In this document: in pieces, positions 28,534-43,600 of the stretch
How positions within the stretch are numbered: the stretch's first letter is position 1
How the letters are laid out: every line of letters starts with the position of its first letter
Assembly (NCBI RefSeq): GCF_009914755.1
Contig: NC_060940.1
DNA: 64,000 bases
DNA from: the human T2T-CHM13v2.0 reference genome, Homo sapiens
Reading direction: 5' to 3' (one strand)
Program-made: the position numbers and the translations under genes
The notes under the pieces: model-generated
Told to the model about the DNA's origin: nothing
The model's input: only the letters and a program-made list of their open reading frames with translations
The model's database searches: none

Positions 28534-28873
28534 ATTCCATTCAATGATGATTCCATTGTATTCCATTCAATGATTGCATTCAATTCCATTCAATGATTAT
28601 CCCATTAGGGTAAACTCAACGATTCCATTCAATACCATTCGATGATGATTCCTTTTGAGTCCATTCAATGATTTCATTCAAGTCCATTTGATGATTTCTT
28701 TCAATTCCATTCAATGATGATTCCATTCTATTCCATTCAATGATTGCATTCAATTCCATTCAATGATTATCCCATTAGAGTAAACTCAACGATTCCATTC
28801 AATACCATTCGATGATGATTCCTTTTGAGTCCATTCAATGATTTCATTCAAGTCCATTTGATGATTCCTTTCA
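28534..28873 (+). repeat. 170-bp tandem duplication inside HOR unit 5
   Basis: The otherwise once-per-unit marker TAAACTCAAC occurs at 28611 and 28781. ATTCCATTC microhomology lies at 28534, 28704 and 28874. Confidence 0.92.
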
Positions 28874-31579
28874 ATTCCATTCTATGATGATTCCATTCGA
28901 GTCCATTCGATGATTCCATTCGATTGCATTCGATGATTCCATTATATTCCATTCAACGGTGATTCCATTCGAGTCCATTCCATGATTCCATTAGAGTACA
29001 TTTAATGATTGCTTTGTTTTCAATTCGAAGATGATTACATTGGATTCCATTCTATGATACCATTCGATTCCATTCAATGATGATTCCACTCAAATCCATT
29101 GGATGATTCCATTCGTGTCCATTCGGTGATTTCATTAGATTCCATTCGAGGATGATTCCATTCGATTCCATTCGATGATTCCATTCAATTCCATTCGTTG
29201 ATGATTCCATTCCAGTCCATATGATCATTCCATTTGATTTCATTCGATGATGATTCCATTCGATTCCATTCGATGATTCCATTCTATTCCATTCGATGAT
29301 GATTCCATTCGAGTCCATTCGATGATTCCATTCGAGTCCATTTAATGATTCCATTGGGTTCAATTCAATGATGATTACATTGGATTCCGTTCTATGATTC
29401 CATTCAATTCCGTTCATTGACAATTTGATTCCATTCGATGATGATTCCATTTGAGTTCATTCGATGATTCTATTCGATTCTCTTCGATGGTGATTCAATT
29501 CTATTATATTGGATGATTCCATTCGATTCCATTTGATGTTGATTCAATTCGATTCTATTCGATGATGATTCCATTGGATTTCACTTGATGATTCTATTCG
29601 ATTCCATTCAATGATGATTCACTTCTCGTCCATTGGATGATTCCATTTCATTCCATTCGATGATGATTCCATTCGATTCCATTCGATGATTCCATTTGAT
29701 TCCATGCGACGGTGAGCAATTCGATTCAATTCCATGATGATTCTATTTGATTCAATTAGATGATGTTTCCATTCGAATCCATTCCATGATTATTCCATTG
29801 GAATCCATTCGGCGATGATTCCATATGAGTCAATTCAATGATGATTCCATATGGGTCCGTTCGATGATAATTCCATTTGATTTCATTCGATGCTTCTATT
29901 CTATTCCAGTCGATGATGATTCCGTTGGAGTCCATACGATGATTCCATTTGATTTCATTTGATGATGATTCCATTCGATGACGATTACATTGGATTCCAT
30001 TCTATGATTCCATTCAATTCCATTCGTTGATGATTCGATTCCATTCAATGATGATTCCATTTGAGTTCATTCGATGATTCTATTCGATTCCGTTCGATGG
30101 TGATTCAATTCTATTATATTGGATGATTCCACTCGATTCCATTTGATGATTATTCCATTGGAGTCCACTTAGTGAATCCTTTAGATTCTACTCGACGATG
30201 ATTCCATTCGAGTCCATTCGATGATACCATTCAATTCCATTCGTTGATGCTTCCATTCAAGTGCATTCGATGATATCATTCGATTCCATTTGATGATAAT
30301 TCCATTTGATTCCATGCGATGATTCTATTCGATTCCATTCAATGATAATTCCATTCAATTCAGTGATTCCTCTGGACTCCATTTGATGATGATTCCATTC
30401 AATGATTCCATTCGATTCTATTCGAAAATGATTCCATTTGAATCCATTTGATGATGATTCCATTAGATTCCATTTGATGATTCCATTCGATTCCATTCGA
30501 CGATGATTCCATTCGATTCCGTTTGATGATTCCATTCTATTCTATTCGATGATGATTCCATTCGATTCCATTCGATGATGATTGGATTCGATTCCATTTG
30601 ATGATTTCATTTGATTCCATTCGTTAATGATTTCGATCAATTCCATTCAATGATTCCATTCGATTCCATTCGATAATGATTACATCCGAGTCCATTCGAT
30701 GATTCCCTTTGAGCCTGTTCGATAATTCCATTTGAGTCCAACCAATGATTCCATTCATTTCCATTCAATGATTCCATTCGAGTCCATTTGATCATTCCGG
30801 TAGGGTCCATTCGATGTTGATTCCATTGGAGTGCATTCGATGATTCCATTCGAGTCCATTTTAGGATTTGATTCGAGTCCTTTCGATGATTCCATTCGAT
30901 TCCACTCGATGATGATTTCATTCCAGTCCATTCGACACTTCCAATCGATTCCATTTGATGATTCCATTCGAGTCCAATTGATGATTCCATTCAATTCCAT
31001 TCGATGATGATTCCGTACGATTCCATTCTGTGATGATTCCATGTGATTGCATTCAATGATGATTCCTTTCGATTGCATTCGATTATGATTCATTTCGTGT
31101 TCATTCTATGGTTCCACAGGTTTCCATTCGTGTCCATTCCATTATTCCATTCTATTCCATTTGATGATGATTCCATTCGATTCCATTCATTGGTGATTCC
31201 ACTCAATTCCATTCAATGATTCCATTCCATTTCTTTCAACAATGATTCCATTAGTTTCTAATCGATGATCCACTTGATTCCATTTGACGACGATTCCATT
31301 CTTGTCCATTCGATGATTCCATTTGATTCCATATGATGATGATTCCATTCGATTCCATACCATGATGATTCCATTCGAGTCCATTCAATGGTGATTCCAT
31401 TCAATTCCATTCGATGATTCCTTTCGATTCCATTCGATGATGATGGCATTCGATTCCTTTCAATCATTCCCTTTGATTCCATTCAAAGGTGATTTCATTC
31501 AAGTCCATTCGATAATTGCATTCGATTCCATTCTATGATGATTCCATTCGAGTCCATTTGATGATTCCATTCAATTCAA

Positions 31580-34500
31580 GTCAATGATGATTCCATTCGA
31601 TTCCATTCGATGATTCCATTGGATTCCATTCGATGATGATTCCATTCAAATCCTTTCGATAATTCAATTCAAGTCCATTCGATGATGATTCCAATCGAAT
31701 CCATTCAAAGATTCCATTCAGTTCCATTCGATGATTCCCTTAGATTCCATTCGATGATTCCACTTGATTGCATTTACGATGATTCCATTCGATTCCATGT
31801 GATGATTCCATTCAATTCTATTCAATGATGTCTCCATTTGATTCCATTCGACCATGATTGCCTTTGATTCCATTCAATGATTCCATTCGGTTCCGTTTGA
31901 TGATGATTCCGTTCGATTCCATTTGATGATTCCATTTGATTCCATTGGATGGGTCCATTCGATTACATTCGATGATTATTCCATTCGAGTGCATTAGATG
32001 ATTCCATTCGAGTCCATTCGATGATTCCATTCGATTCCATTCGATGTTGATTCTGTTCAAATCCATTCGATGATTCCACTCGATTCCATTCGTTGACTCC
32101 ATTTGATCCCATTCGATGATTTCCTTTGATTCCCTTTGATGATCATTCCATTTGATTCAATTCGGTGATTTCATTCGATTCCATTCAGTGATGTTTCCAT
32201 TCGACTCCATTCGATGATGATTCCATTCGACTCCATTCGATTATGATTTCATTCAATTCCATTCGATAATGATTCCCTTCGAGTCCATTCGATGATTCCA
32301 TTCGATTCCATTCAACGATGTTTTGATTCGTGTCCATTCGATGATTCCATTTGATTCCACTTGATGATGATTCCATTCGAGTCCATTTGATGATTCCATT
32401 CAATTCCATACTCCGATGATTTCTTTTGAGCCCACTCAATGCTTCCACTCGATTCCATATGATGATGACTCCATTCGATGAAATTCGATGATGATTCCAT
32501 TCGCTTGCTTTCGATGATGATTCCACTTGAGTCCGTTAGAAGATTCTATTCAATTACATTCCATGACGATTCCGTTCGAGTCCATTTGATGATTCCATTA
32601 GACTCCATTCGACGATGATTCCTTTCGATGTTATTCCATGATTCCATTCGATATCAATCGATGATGATTCCATTCAACTCCATTCGATGTTTCCATTCGA
32701 GTTCATTCTATTATTGCATTAGATTCCATTCGATGATGATTCCATTCGATTCCATTTGATGATTGCATTCTGTTTCATTTGATGATGATTCCATTCGAGT
32801 CCACTCGATGATTCCATTCGAGTCCATTTAATGAATCCATTGGTTTCAATTCTATGATGATTACATTGGATTCCATTCGTTGATGATTTCATTCGGTTCC
32901 ATTCAATGATGATTCCATTCAATTCCTTTCAATGTTTCCATTCAATTCCATACGATGATGATTCCATTTGATTTGATTCGACAGTGAGCCATTCGATTCA
33001 ATTCCATGATGATTCTATTTGATTCAATTGGTTGACATTTCCATTCGATTCCATTCGATGATGATTCCCTTTGATTCCGTTCAAAGATGATTCCATTCTA
33101 GCCCATTCAATCATTCCATTCGATTCTATTCAATGATGATTCCATTCATGTCGATTTGGTGATTCCATTTGACTTCATTTGATGATGATTCCTTTCAAGT
33201 TCATTAGATGATTCCATTCGATTCCATTTGATGATGATCCCATTCGAGTCCATTCAGTGATTCCATTCGTTTCCATTCCATGATGATTCCATTCCTTTCC
33301 ATTCAATGATTCCATTCGATTCCGTTTGATGATGATTTCATTCGAGTCCATTTGATGATTCCATTTGATTCCATTCGATGATGATTCCATTCGAGTCCAT
33401 TCGATGATTCTATTCGAATCCATTTGATGATTTCTTTTGATTATATTTGGTGATGATTCCATTGGAGTTCATTCAATGATTCCATTCGATTCCAATCGAT
33501 GATGATTCCATTAGAGTCCATTTAATGATTCCATTTGATTCCAGTCTCTGATGATTACATTCGAGTCCATACGATGATTCCACTCAATTCCATATGATGA
33601 TGATTCCATTTGATTCCATTAGGTGATTCCATTCTATTCTATTCAATGGTGATTCCATTCGAGTACATTAGATGATTCCATTCGATTCCATTCAATGATG
33701 ATTCTATTTGTGTCCCTTAGATGATTCCACATGATTCCATTACATGATGATACTATTTGAGCCCATCCAATGATTCCCTTCGATTCCATTCGATGAGGAT
33801 TCCATTCGATTCAATTCATTGGTGATTCTATTCAATTCAATTCTTTGATTCCATTCCATTCCATTCGACAATGATTCCATTCGATTTCTTTCGATGATTC
33901 CACTCGATTCCACTTGACATTGATTCCATTCGATTCCATTCAATGATTCCATTTGATTCCAGTGGATGATGATTGCCATCGATTCCATTCGATCACTCCA
34001 TTCTATTCCATTTGATGATGATTACATTCGATTCCATTTGATGATTCCATCTGATTCTATTCGAGGATTCCATTTGATTCCATTCGATGATGATTCCATT
34101 CGAGTCCATTCGATGATTTCATTCGAGTACATCCAATGATTCCATTCGAGTCCATTAGATGATTCCATTTGATTCCATTTGAAAATGATTCTACTAGAGT
34201 CCATTCAATGACTCCATTCGAGTCCATTCAACAATTCCATTCGACTCCATTCGATGATTCCATTCGATTCCATTTGATGGTTCCATTCGAGTCCATTTAA
34301 TCATTACAGTCGAGTCCATTTGGTGATTCCACTGGATTTCTTTTGATAATGATACCATTCAATTACATTTGATGATGATCCCATTCAATTTCATTTGATG
34401 ATGATTCCATTAGAGTCCATTCGATGATTTCATTCGAGTCCCTTCATTGATTCCATCCGATTTCATTGGATGATGACTCCATTCGAGTCCATTCGATGAT

Positions 34501-37500
34501 TCCACTCGATTCCATTAGATGACTCCATTGGAGTCCATTTGATTGTTCCATTCGATTCCATTCGATTCCTTTCGAAGATTATTCCATTTGAGTCCATTCG
34601 ATGATGATTCCATTCCATTCCATTCGATGATTCCGTTTGATTCCATTCGATGATTCCCTTCGATTCCTTTCTTTGATGATTTCATTCCATTCCATTCAAT
34701 GATTCCATTCGAATCTATTCCATGATGATTCCTTTCGATTCCATTCGCTGATGTTTCCGTTCAATTCCATTCGATGATGATTCCATTCGATTCCATTCAT
34801 TGAGGATTCCATTTGATTCCATTCAATGATGATTCCATTCTATTCCACTCAATGATTGCATTCAATTCCATACAATGATTATCCCATTAGAGTAAACTCA
34901 ACGATTCCATTCAATACCATTCGATGATGATTCCTTTTGAGTCCATTCAATGATTTCATTCAAGTCCATTTGATGATTCCTTTCAATTCCATTCTATGAT
35001 GATTCCATTCGAGTCCATTCGATGATTCCATTCAATTGCATTTGATGATTCCATTATATTCCATTCAACGGTGATTCCATTCGAGTCCATTCCATGATTC
35101 CATTAGAGTACATTTAATGATTGCTTTGTTTTCAATTCGAAGATGATTACATTGGATTCCATTCTATGATACCATTCGATTCCATTCAATGATGATTCCA
35201 CTCAAATCCATTGGATGATTCCATTCGTGTCCATTCGGTGATTTCATTAGATTCCATTCGAGGATGATTCCATTCGATTCCATTCGATGATTCCATTCAA
35301 TTCCATTCGATGATGATTCCATTCCAGTCCATATGATCATTCCATTTGATTTCATTCGATGATGATTCCATTCGATTCCATTCGACGATTCCATTCTATT
35401 CCATTCGATGATGATTCCATTCGAGTCCATTCGATCAATCCATTCGAGTCCATTTAATGATTCCATTGGGTTCAATTCAATGATGATTACATTGGATTCC
35501 GTTCTATGATTCCATTCAATTCCGTTCATTGACAATTTGATTCCATTCGATGATGATTCCATTTGAGTTCATTCGATGATTCTATTCGATTCTCTTCGAT
35601 GGTGATTCAATTCTATTATATTGGATGATTCCATTCGATTCCATTTGATGTTGATTCAATTCGATTCTATTCGATGATGATTCCATTGGATTTCACTTGA
35701 TGATTCTATTCGATTCCATTCAATGATGATTCACTTCTCGTCCATTGGATGATTCCATTTCATTCCATTCGATGATGATTCCATTCGATTCCATTCGATG
35801 ATTCCATTTGATTCCATGCGACGGTGAGCAATTCGATTCAATTCCATGATGATTCTATTTGATTCAATTAGATGATGTTTCCATTCGAATCCATTCCATG
35901 ATTATTCCATTGGAATCCATTCGGCGATGATTCCATATGAGTCAATTCAATGATGATTCCATATGGGTCCGTTCGATGATAATTCCATTTGATTTCATTC
36001 GATGCTTCTATTCTATTCCAGTCGATGATGATTCCATTGGAGTCCATACGATGATTCCATTTGATTTCATTTGATGATGATTCCATTCGATGATGATTAC
36101 ATTGGATTCCATTCTATGATTCCATTCAATTCCATTCGTTGATGATTCGATTCCATTCAATGATGATTCCATTTGAGTTCATTCGATGATTCTATTCGAT
36201 TCCGTTCGATGGTGACTCAATTCTATTATACTGGATGATACCAGTCGATTCCATTTGATGATTATTCCATTGGAGTCCATTTAGTGAATCCTTTAGATTC
36301 TACTCGACGATGATTCCATTCGAGTCCATTCGATGATACCATTCAATTCCATTCGTTGATGCTTCCATTCAAGTGCATTCGATGATATCATTCGATTCCA
36401 TTTGATGATAATTCCATTTGATTCCATGCGATGATTCTATTCGATTCCATTCAATGATAATTCCATTCAATTCAGTGATTCCTCTGGACTCCATTTGATG
36501 ATGATTCCATTCAATGATTCCATTCGATTCTATTCGAAAATGATTCCATTTGAATCCATTTGATGATGATTCCATTAGATTCCATTTGATGATTCCATTC
36601 GATTCCATTCGACGATGATTCCATTCGATTCCGTTTGATGATTCCATTCTATTCTATTCGATGATGATTCCATTCGATTCCATTCGATGATGATTGGATT
36701 CGATTCCATTGGATGATTTCATTTGATTCCATTCGTTAATGATTTCGATCAATTCCATTCGATGATTCCATTCGATTCCATTCGATAATGATTACATCCG
36801 AGTCCATTCGATGATTCCATTTTAGCCCGTTCGATAATTCCATTTGAGTCCAACCAATGATTCCATTCATTTCCATTCAATGATTCCATTCGAGTCCATT
36901 TGATCATTCCGGTAGGGTCCATTCGATGTTGATTCCATTGGAGTGCATTCGATGATTCCATTCGAGTCCATTTTAGGATTTGATTCGAGTCCTTTCGATG
37001 ATTCCATTCGATTCCACTCGATGATGATTTCATTCGAGTCCATTCGACACTTCCAATCGATTCCATTTGATGATTCCATTCGAGTCCAATTGATGATTCC
37101 ATTCAATTCCATTCGATGATGATTCCGTACGATACCATTCTGTGATGATTCCATGTGATTGCATTCAATGATGATTCCTTTCGATTGCATTCGATTATGA
37201 TTCATTTCGTGTTCATTCTATGGTTCCACAGGTTTCCATTCGTGTCCATTCCATTATTCCATTCTATTCCATTTGATGATGATTCCATTCGATTCCATTC
37301 ATTGGTGATTCCACTCAATTCCATTCAATGATTCCATTCCATTTCTTTCAACAATGATTCCATTAGTTTCTAATCGATGATCCACTTGATTCCATTTGAC
37401 GACGATTCCATTCTTGTCCATTCGATGATTCCATTTGATTCCATATGATGATGATTCCATTCGATTCCATACCATGATGATTCCATTCGAGTCCATTCAA

Positions 37501-37691
37501 TGGTGATTCCATTCAATTCCATTCGATGATTCCTTTTGATTCCATTCGATGATGATGGCATTCGATTCCTTTCAATCATTCCCTTTGATTCCATTCAAAG
37601 GTGATTTCATTCAAGTCCATTCGATAATTGCATTCGATTCCATTCTATGATGATTCCATTCGAGTCCATTTGATGATTCCATTCAATTCAA
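31580..37691 (+). repeat. HOR unit 6, canonical length 6,112 bp
   Basis: Landmarks at 31580 and 37692; ORF 31818 recurs at 37930. Confidence 0.93.
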
Positions 37692-40600
37692 GTCAATGAT
37701 GATTCCATTCGATTCCATTCGATGATTCCATTGGATTCCATTCGATGATGATTCCATTCAAATCCTTTCGATAATTCAATTCAAGTCCATTCGATGATGA
37801 TTCCAATCGAATCCATTCAAAGATTCCATTCAGTTCCATTCGATGATTCCCTTAGATTCCATTCGATGATTCCACTTGATTGCATTTACGATGATTCCAT
37901 TCGATTCCATGTGATGATTCCATTCAATTCTATTCAATGATGTCTCCATTTGATTCCATTCGACCATGATTGCCTTTGATTCCATTCAATGATTCCATTC
38001 GGTTCCGTTTGATGATGATTCCGTTCGATTCCATTTGATGATTCCATTTGATTCCATTGGATGGGTCCATTCGATTACATTCGATGATTATTCCATTCGA
38101 GTGCATTAGATGATTCCATTCGAGTCCATTCGATGATTCCATTCGATTCCATTCGATGTTGATTCTGTTCAAATCCATTCGATGATTCCACTCGATTCCA
38201 TTCGTTGACTCCATTTGATCCCATTCGATGATTTCCTTTGATTCCCTTTGATGATCATTCCATTTGATTCAATTCGGTGATTTCATTTGATTCCATTCAG
38301 TGATGTTTCCATTCGACTCCATTCGATGATGATTCCATTCGACTCCATTCGATTATGATTTCATTCAATTCCATTCGATAATGATTCCCTGCGAGTCTAT
38401 TCGATGATTCCATTCGATTCCATTCAACGATGATTTGATTCGTGTCCATTCGATGATTCCATTTGATTCCACTTGATGATGATTCCATTCGAGCCCATTT
38501 GATGATTCCATTCAATTCCATACTCCGATGATTTCTTTTGAGCCCACTCAATGCTTCCACTCGATTCCATATGATGATGACTCCATTCGATGAAATTCGA
38601 TGATGATTCCATTCGCTTGCTTTCGATGATGATTCCACTTGAGTCCGTTAGAAGATTCTATTCAATTACATTCCATGACGATTCCGTTCGAGTCCATTTG
38701 ATGATTCCATTAGACTCCATTCGACGATGATTCCATTCGATGTTATTCGATGATTCCATTTGATCTCATTCGATGATGATTCCATTCAACTCCATTCGAT
38801 GTTTCCATTCGAGTTCATTCTATTATTCCATTAGATTCCATTCGATGATGATTCCATTCGATTCCATTTGATGATTGCATTCTATTTCATTTGATGATGA
38901 TTCCATTCGAGTCCACTCGATGATTCCATTCGAGTCCATTTAATGAATCCATTGGTTTCAATTCTATGATGATTACATTGGATTCCATTCGTTGATGATT
39001 TCATTCGGTTCCATTCAATGATGATTCCATTCAATTCCTTTCAATGTTTCCATTCAATTCCATACGATGATGATTCCATTTGATTTGATTCGACAGTGAG
39101 CCATTCGATTCAATTCCATGATGATTCTATTTGATTCCATTGGTTGACATTTCCATTCGATTCCATTCGATGATGATTCCCTTTGATTCCGTTCAAAGAT
39201 GATTCCATTCTAGCCCATTCAATCATTCCATTCGATTCTATTCAATGATGATTCCATTCATGTCGATTTGGTGATTCCATTTGACTTCATTTGATGATGA
39301 TTCCTTTCAAGTTCATTAGATGATTCCATTCGATTCCATTTGATGATGATCCCATTCGAGTCCATTCAGTGATTCCATTCATTTCCATTCCATGATGATT
39401 CCATTCCTTTCCATTCAATGATTCCATTCGATTCCGTTTGATGATGATTTCATTCGAGTCCATTTGATGATTCCATTTGATTCCATTCGATGATGATTCC
39501 ATTCGAGTCCATTCGATGATTCTATTCGAATCCATTTGATGATTTCTTTTGATTATATTTGGTGATGATTCCATTGGAGTCCATTCAATGATTCCATTCT
39601 ATTCCAATCGATGATGATTCCATTAGAGTCCATTTAATGATTCCATTTGATTCCAGTCTCTGATGATTACATTCGAGTCCATACGATGATTCCACTCAAT
39701 TCCATATGATGATGATTCCATTTGATTCCATTCGGTGATTCCATTCTATTCTATTCAATGGTGATTCCATTCGAGTACATTAGATGATTCCATTCGATTC
39801 CATTCAATGATGATTCTATTTGTGTCCCTTAGATGATTCCACATGATTCCATTAGATGATGATACTATTTGAGCGCATCCAATGATTCCCTTCGATTCCA
39901 TTCGATGAGGATTCCATTCGATTCAATTCATTGGTGATTCTATTCAATTCAATTCTTTGATTCCATTCCATTCCATTCGACAATAATTCCATTCGATTTC
40001 TTTCGATGATTCCACTCGATTCCACTTGACATTGATTCCATTCGATTCCATTCAATGATTCCATTTGATTCCAGTGGATGATGATTGCCATCGATTCCAT
40101 TCGATCACTCCATTCTATTCCATTTGATGATGATTACATTCGATTCCATTTGATGATTCCATCTGATTCTATTCGAGGATTCCATTTGATTCCATTCGAT
40201 GATGTTTCCATTCGACTCCATTCGATGATGATTCCATTCGACTCCATTCGATTATGATTTCATTCAATTCCATTCGATAATGATTCCCTTCGAGTCCATT
40301 CGATGATTCCATTCGATTCCATTCAACGATGTTTTGATTCGTGTCCATTCGATGATTCCATTTGATTCCACTTGATGATGATTCCATTCGATTCCATTTG
40401 ATGATTCCATTCAATTCCATACTCCGATGATTTCTTTTGAGCCCACTCAATGCTTCCACTCGATTCCATATGATGATGACTCCATTCGATGAAATTCGAT
40501 GATGATTCCATTCGCTTGCTTTCGATGATGATTCCACTTGAGTCCGTTAGAAGATTCTATTCAATTACATTCCATGACGATTCCGTTCGAGTCCATTTGA

Positions 40601-43600
40601 TGATTCCATTAGACTCCATTCGACGATGATTCCTTTCGATGTTATTCCATGATTCCATTCGATATCAATCGATGATGATTCCATTCAACTCCATTCGATG
40701 TTTCCATTCGAGTTCATTCTATTATTGCATTAGATTCCATTCGATGATGATTCCATTCGATTCCATTTGATGATTGCATTCTGTTTCATTTGATGATGAT
40801 TCCATTCGAGTCCACTCGATGATTCCATTCGAGTCCATTTAATGAATCCATTGGTTTCAATTCTATGATGATTACATTGGATTCCATTCGTTGATGATTT
40901 CATTCGGTTCCATTCAATGATGATTCCATTCAATTCCTTTCAATGTTTCCATTCAATTCCATACGATGATGATTCCATTTGATTTGATTCGACAGTGAGC
41001 CATTCGATTCAATTCCATGATGATTCTATTTGATTCAATTGGTTGACATTTCCATTCGATTCCATTCGATGATGATTCCCTTTGATTCCGTTCAAAGATG
41101 ATTCCATTCTAGCCCATTCAATCATTCCATTCGATTCTATTCAATGATGATTCCATTCATGTCGATTTGGTGATTCCATTTGACTTCATTTGATGATGAT
41201 TCCTTTCAAGTTCATTAGATGATTCCATTCGATTCCATTTGATGATGATCCCATTCGAGTCCATTCAGTGATTCCATTCGTTTCCATTCCATGATGATTC
41301 CATTCCTTTCCATTCAATGATTCCATTCGATTCCGTTTGATGATGATTTCATTCGAGTCCATTTGATGATTCCATTTGATTCCATTCGATGATGATTCCA
41401 TTCGAGTCCATTCGATGATTCTATTCGAATCCATTTGATGATTTCTTTTGATTATATTTGGTGATGATTCCATTGGAGTCCATTCAATGATTCCATTCGA
41501 TTCCAATCGATGATGATTCCATTAGAGTCCATTTAATGATTCCATTTGATTCCCGTCTCTGATGATTACATTCGAGTCCATACGATGATTCCACTCAATT
41601 CCATATGATGATGATTCCATTTGATTCCATTCGGTGATTCCATTCTATTCTATTCAATGGTGATTCCATTCGAGTACATTAGATGATTCCATTCGATTCC
41701 ATTCAATGATGATTCTATTTGTGTCCCTTAGATGATTCCACATGATTCCATTAGATGATGATACTATTTGAGCCCATCCAATGATTCCCTTCGATTCCAT
41801 TCGATGAGGATTCCATTCGATTCAATTCATTGGTGATTCTATTCAATTCAATTCTTTGATTCCATTCCATTCCATTCGACAATGATTCCATTCGATTTCT
41901 TTCGATGATTCCACTCGATTCCACTTGACATTGATTCCATTCGATTCCATTCAATGATTCCATTTGATTCCAGTGGATGATGATTGCCATCGATTCCATT
42001 CGATCACTCCATTCTATTCCATTTGATGATGATTACATTCGATTCCATTTGATGATTCCATCTGATTCTATTCGAGGATTCCATTTGATTCCATTCGATG
42101 ATGATTCCATTCGAGTCCATTCGATGATTTCATTCGAGTACATCCAATGATTCCATTCGAGTCCATTAGATGATTCCATTTGATTCCATTTGAAAATGAT
42201 TCTACTAGAGTCCATTCAATGACTCCATTCGAGTCCATTCAACAATTCCATTCGACTCCATTCGATGATTCCATTCGATTCCATTTGATGGTTCCATTCG
42301 AGTCCATTTAATCATTACAGTCGAGTCCATTTGGTGATTCCACTGGATTTCTTTTGATAATGATACCATTCAATTACATTTGATGATGATCCCATTCAAT
42401 TTCATTTGATGATGATTCCATTAGAGTCCATTCGATGATTTCATTCGAGTCCCTTCATTGATTCCATCCGATTTCATTGGATGATGACTCCATTCGAGTC
42501 CATTCGATGATTCCACTCGATTCCATTAGATGACTCCATTGGAGTCCATTTGATTGTTCCATTCGATTCCATTCGATTCCTTTCGAAGATTATTCCATTT
42601 GAGTCCATTCGATGATGATTCCATTCCATTCCATTCGATGATTCCGTTTGATTCCATTCGATGATTCCCTTCGATTCCTTTCTTTGATGATTTCATTCCA
42701 TTCCATTCAATGATTCCATTCGAATCTATTCCATGATGATTCCTTTCGATTCCATTCGCTGATGTTTCCGTTCAATTCCATTCGATGATGATTCCATTCG
42801 ATTCCATTCATTGAGGATTCCATTTGATTCCATTCAATGATGATTCCATTCTATTCCACTCAATGATTGCATTCAATTCCATACAATGATTATCCCATTA
42901 GAGTAAACTCAACGATTCCATTCAATACCATTCGATGATGATTCCTTTTGAGTCCATTCAATGATTTCATTCAAGTCCATTTGATGATTCCTTTCAATTC
43001 CATTCTATGATGATTCCATTCGAGTCCATTCGATGATTCCATTCAATTGCATTTGATGATTCCATTATATTCCATTCAACGGTGATTCCATTCGAGTCCA
43101 TTCCATGATTCCATTAGAGTACATTTAATGATTGCTTTGTTTTCAATTCGAAGATGATTACATTGGATTCCATTCTATGATACCATTCGATTCCATTCAA
43201 TGATGATTCCACTCAAATCCATTGGATGATTCCATTCGTGTCCATTCGGTGATTTCATTAGATTCCATTCGAGGATGATTCCATTCGATTCCATTCGATG
43301 ATTCCATTCAATTCCATTCGATGATGATTCCATTCCAGTCCATATGATCATTCCATTTGATTTCATTCGATGATGATTCCATTCGATTCCATTCGATGAT
43401 TCCATTCTATTCCATTCGATGATGATTCCATTCGAGTCCATTCGATGATTCCATTCGAGTCCATTTAATGATTCCATTGGGTTCAATTCAATGATGATTA
43501 CATTGGATTCCGTTCTATGATTCCATTCAATTCCATTCATTGACAATTTGATTCCATTCGATGATGATTCCATTTGAGTTCATTCGATGATTCTATTCGA

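Larger units (their letters stand above)
25272..31579 (+). repeat. HOR unit 5, 6,308 bp (6,112 plus 26-bp and 170-bp tandem duplications)
   Basis: ORF offsets step from 6112 (20755/26867) to 6138 (21320/27458) to 6308 (22744/29052). Confidence 0.93.

Noticed and set aside
28534-28873. Alpha-satellite monomer suggested by the ~170-bp period
   Set aside because: The sequence is pure HSat2 with no alphoid similarity or CENP-B box.
1780-40200. Similar back-jump sizes (1,869 and 1,899 bp) as evidence of a hidden ~1.9-kb sub-period
   Set aside because: There are only two events, at different phases. The second is really an 8,011-bp duplication, and I saw no shared diagnostic variants at ~1.9-kb lag within the unit.
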